Positions 57,342-64,000 of a DNA stretch of 64,000 bases are shown one piece after another (position 1 is the stretch's first letter; each line of letters starts with the position of its first letter). The stretch is from the human T2T-CHM13v2.0 reference genome, Homo sapiens. The DNA lies in assembly GCF_009914755.1 (NCBI RefSeq), contig NC_060936.1; one strand, 5' to 3'. Made by a program: the position numbers and the translations under genes. The notes below the pieces were generated by a model. That model saw nothing but the letters and a program-made list of their open reading frames with translations, had not been told where the DNA came from and made no database searches.

Positions 57342-57800
57342 GTGTTTGGATGCTAACAAGTTAGCTAGCCTGCCACAGTCTCACAGTTGCTGACAGAAGA
57401 CACAAAATTCCTGGGTCAAAGACAAAGGGTGTTGTTACTCATGGCATAGCAGGCAGCATGAACTTCATGTTTGCATGTGTTCTCCTTACCTCCCAACTTC
57501 CATGGGGGTGACACAGAGGCAGGACCAAATGAACGCTGCACACATGGTGTATTTGTGCTGCAGTTGAGGAACCCTGTGAGATTAGGAGAACCTAATCCTT
57601 TGAAGATGCTGCTACCAAGCCAGATAAATAAGATAATTCAGATAATTAAGATTAAGATAATTAAGATAACTATTCTAATTATCTTGATCAGAAAATAAAT
57701 CTTTCCTGCACCCCGGAGGGAGACACTATCTCTGTCTTCCATGTCTGTTTGCTCTACATTACCATTATGGGATACTTCTGAACAAAAAGCTCATACAAGA
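57342..57800 (-). mobile_element. ERV-L-class LTR (MER54/MER74-like) with an internal AGATAA micro-array
   Basis: GACAGAAGACACAAAATTCCTGGGTCAAAGACAAAGG...TTACTCATGG. Confidence 0.55.
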
Positions 57801-57871
57801 TGGGAAAAAATGTCCTGGAGAGACTTTTGAAATGTATTGTTTTTGTTATTTTGAAATATACAATACATTGT

Positions 57872-58249
57872 TGCTATGGTTTGAATATCTGTCCCCTCTA
57901 AACTCATGTTGAAATTTAATTTCCAGTGTGGAGAAATGTAATTCATTCATAAATTAATGGATTAATAGCTTAATGGACTAACAGGTTATCATAGGAGCAG
58001 GACTGTTGGCTTTATAAGAAGAGGGAGAGAGATCTGAGCTAACACATTCAGCCCTCTTGCCATGTGATACCCTGTGCTACCATGGGACTTTACAGAGAGT
58101 CTCCAACAGCAAGAAGGTTCTTACCATATATGGCTCATTGGCCTTGAACTTTCCAGCCTCCAGAACTGTAAGAAACAAATTTTGTTTCTCAAAAATTACC
58201 CAGTTTCATTCAGGTATTCTGTTATAAGCAACAAAAACAGACTAAGACA
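57872..58249 (+). mobile_element. MaLR solo LTR (MSTC/D-like) inserted in an antisense L1M 3' end (about 57830-58445)
   Basis: TGCTATGGTTTGAATATCTG...GACTAAGACA; perfect TSD ATTGT. Confidence 0.88.
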
Positions 58250-59344
58250 ATTGTTATTGACTATAGTCACCCTTCTGTGCAATAGATCTCAAAACTTATT
58301 TCTTCTGTTTAACTGAAACTTTGTACCCTTTGACTGACAACTCCCCATTTTCTCCCTTACTGCCCCCTCCCACTTCTTTAAGCCTCTGTTAAGCGTCATT
58401 ATACTCTCTACTTCTATGAGTTCAGAATTTTTTAGATTCTACATACAATTCTCATTTTTCAATTAAAAAATAATCATTTAAAAATGTCATAGAGAATTGT
58501 CTCCCAAAGAAATCAAACCGTCAAATGTGAGTAAATTGATTGGTGAATGATTTCCCACAAAGTTGAAAAGGGCAAATTATTCAGTTATAAAAGGAAGGCA
58601 CAGTGCTTTGCTTTATTTGATTTATATAATTCCTTCCTCTGTTGAGATAGTTCAATATTTATTCTAGTTTACTTGATATGTAAGCTATGTTATATCTCGT
58701 GAGTTATTACTATGCGATATGGAATTTCTGATTAGAGAAGGATTAGGCATAGATATCAGTAAAGTCTGAATCCAAGACTGGAGGATATTATGCCTAGAAA
58801 CTGACCTTGACTTCACCTAGTCAAACAGGAAATTCTTGCCAAAAAGTTATGAGCTTATGTCTCACCAGATCGAGAGCAGGCAGACATGATTTTGGAGTCT
58901 TGGGGGAAGTTGGGGTAGTTGTATGAAACATTTGGGATGGGAGCAGGTAGAGGAATATAAACACCATATGAGAATGGCAAAGTGAGCTCTTACCTTTGGA
59001 GAAACCTCTGTTCCTCTATCACTCTATGCAAGTGCTAACATTTAAAGCTGTACTATCCTGCACTTCCTTATCAGGATCTTTTCTGTTTTATTTAATCATC
59101 ACTATAATTTTCATACTATTTGTTATTAATACAACTTTATATGTCCCAGTTGTATTATACTGTCTTTTTATTCAAGGAATATTCCTCTTCTGTTGTGCTA
59201 CACATTCTTTCTCAATTTTAAACTATTTGGTTCCATAGGTACTTGTTGCTATTTTATATCACCATGCCATTATTCAAATAACACCCCATTTCTCCTACTC
59301 ATCACTAGGCTATAGTTTCATCTTTGAGACACTACTATTGCCAT

Positions 59345-63918
<4,574 letters not shown>

Positions 63919-64000
63919 GCAATGCTTGGGCTAATTTTCTGCCAGCTAGCAGGTGGTTCCTCAGAACAAATATTATCTAGAAGATTAATATTAGTATTAC

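Overview
Primate (human/great-ape-like) genomic DNA, AT-rich, CpG-poor and dominated by interspersed repeats. I find no supportable host protein-coding exon, structural RNA gene or CpG island. All long ORFs in the track are L1 ORF2 remnants or translations of Alu, MaLR or simple repeats. The window is a layered transposon record: more than 20 LTR elements (MaLR MST/THE1/MLT1, MLT2, LTR12, MER4-group, MER50, MER51, MER11, LTR8), a full-length THE1 provirus, an ERV-L pol fossil, about ten Alu/FLAM copies, old L1M/L2/MIR/Tigger fragments and two young L1PA2-like insertions that both carry twin-priming 5' inversions. The most notable observations are: (1) a tiny L1 3' transduction inside MER50, where the L1 poly(A) signal is absent and a downstream AATAAA precedes the tail; (2) a 113-bp unique-DNA plus Alu-head segment copied 1.26 kb away and followed by a fold-back filler; (3) similar template-switch scars that duplicated an LTR TATA box and built a 6-site GATA cluster; (4) an L1PA2 pair offering both direct and inverted homology about 27 kb apart. 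I cannot support a wholly new biological system from sequence alone. Subfamily names come from recognition of consensus motifs and need RepeatMasker/Dfam confirmation.
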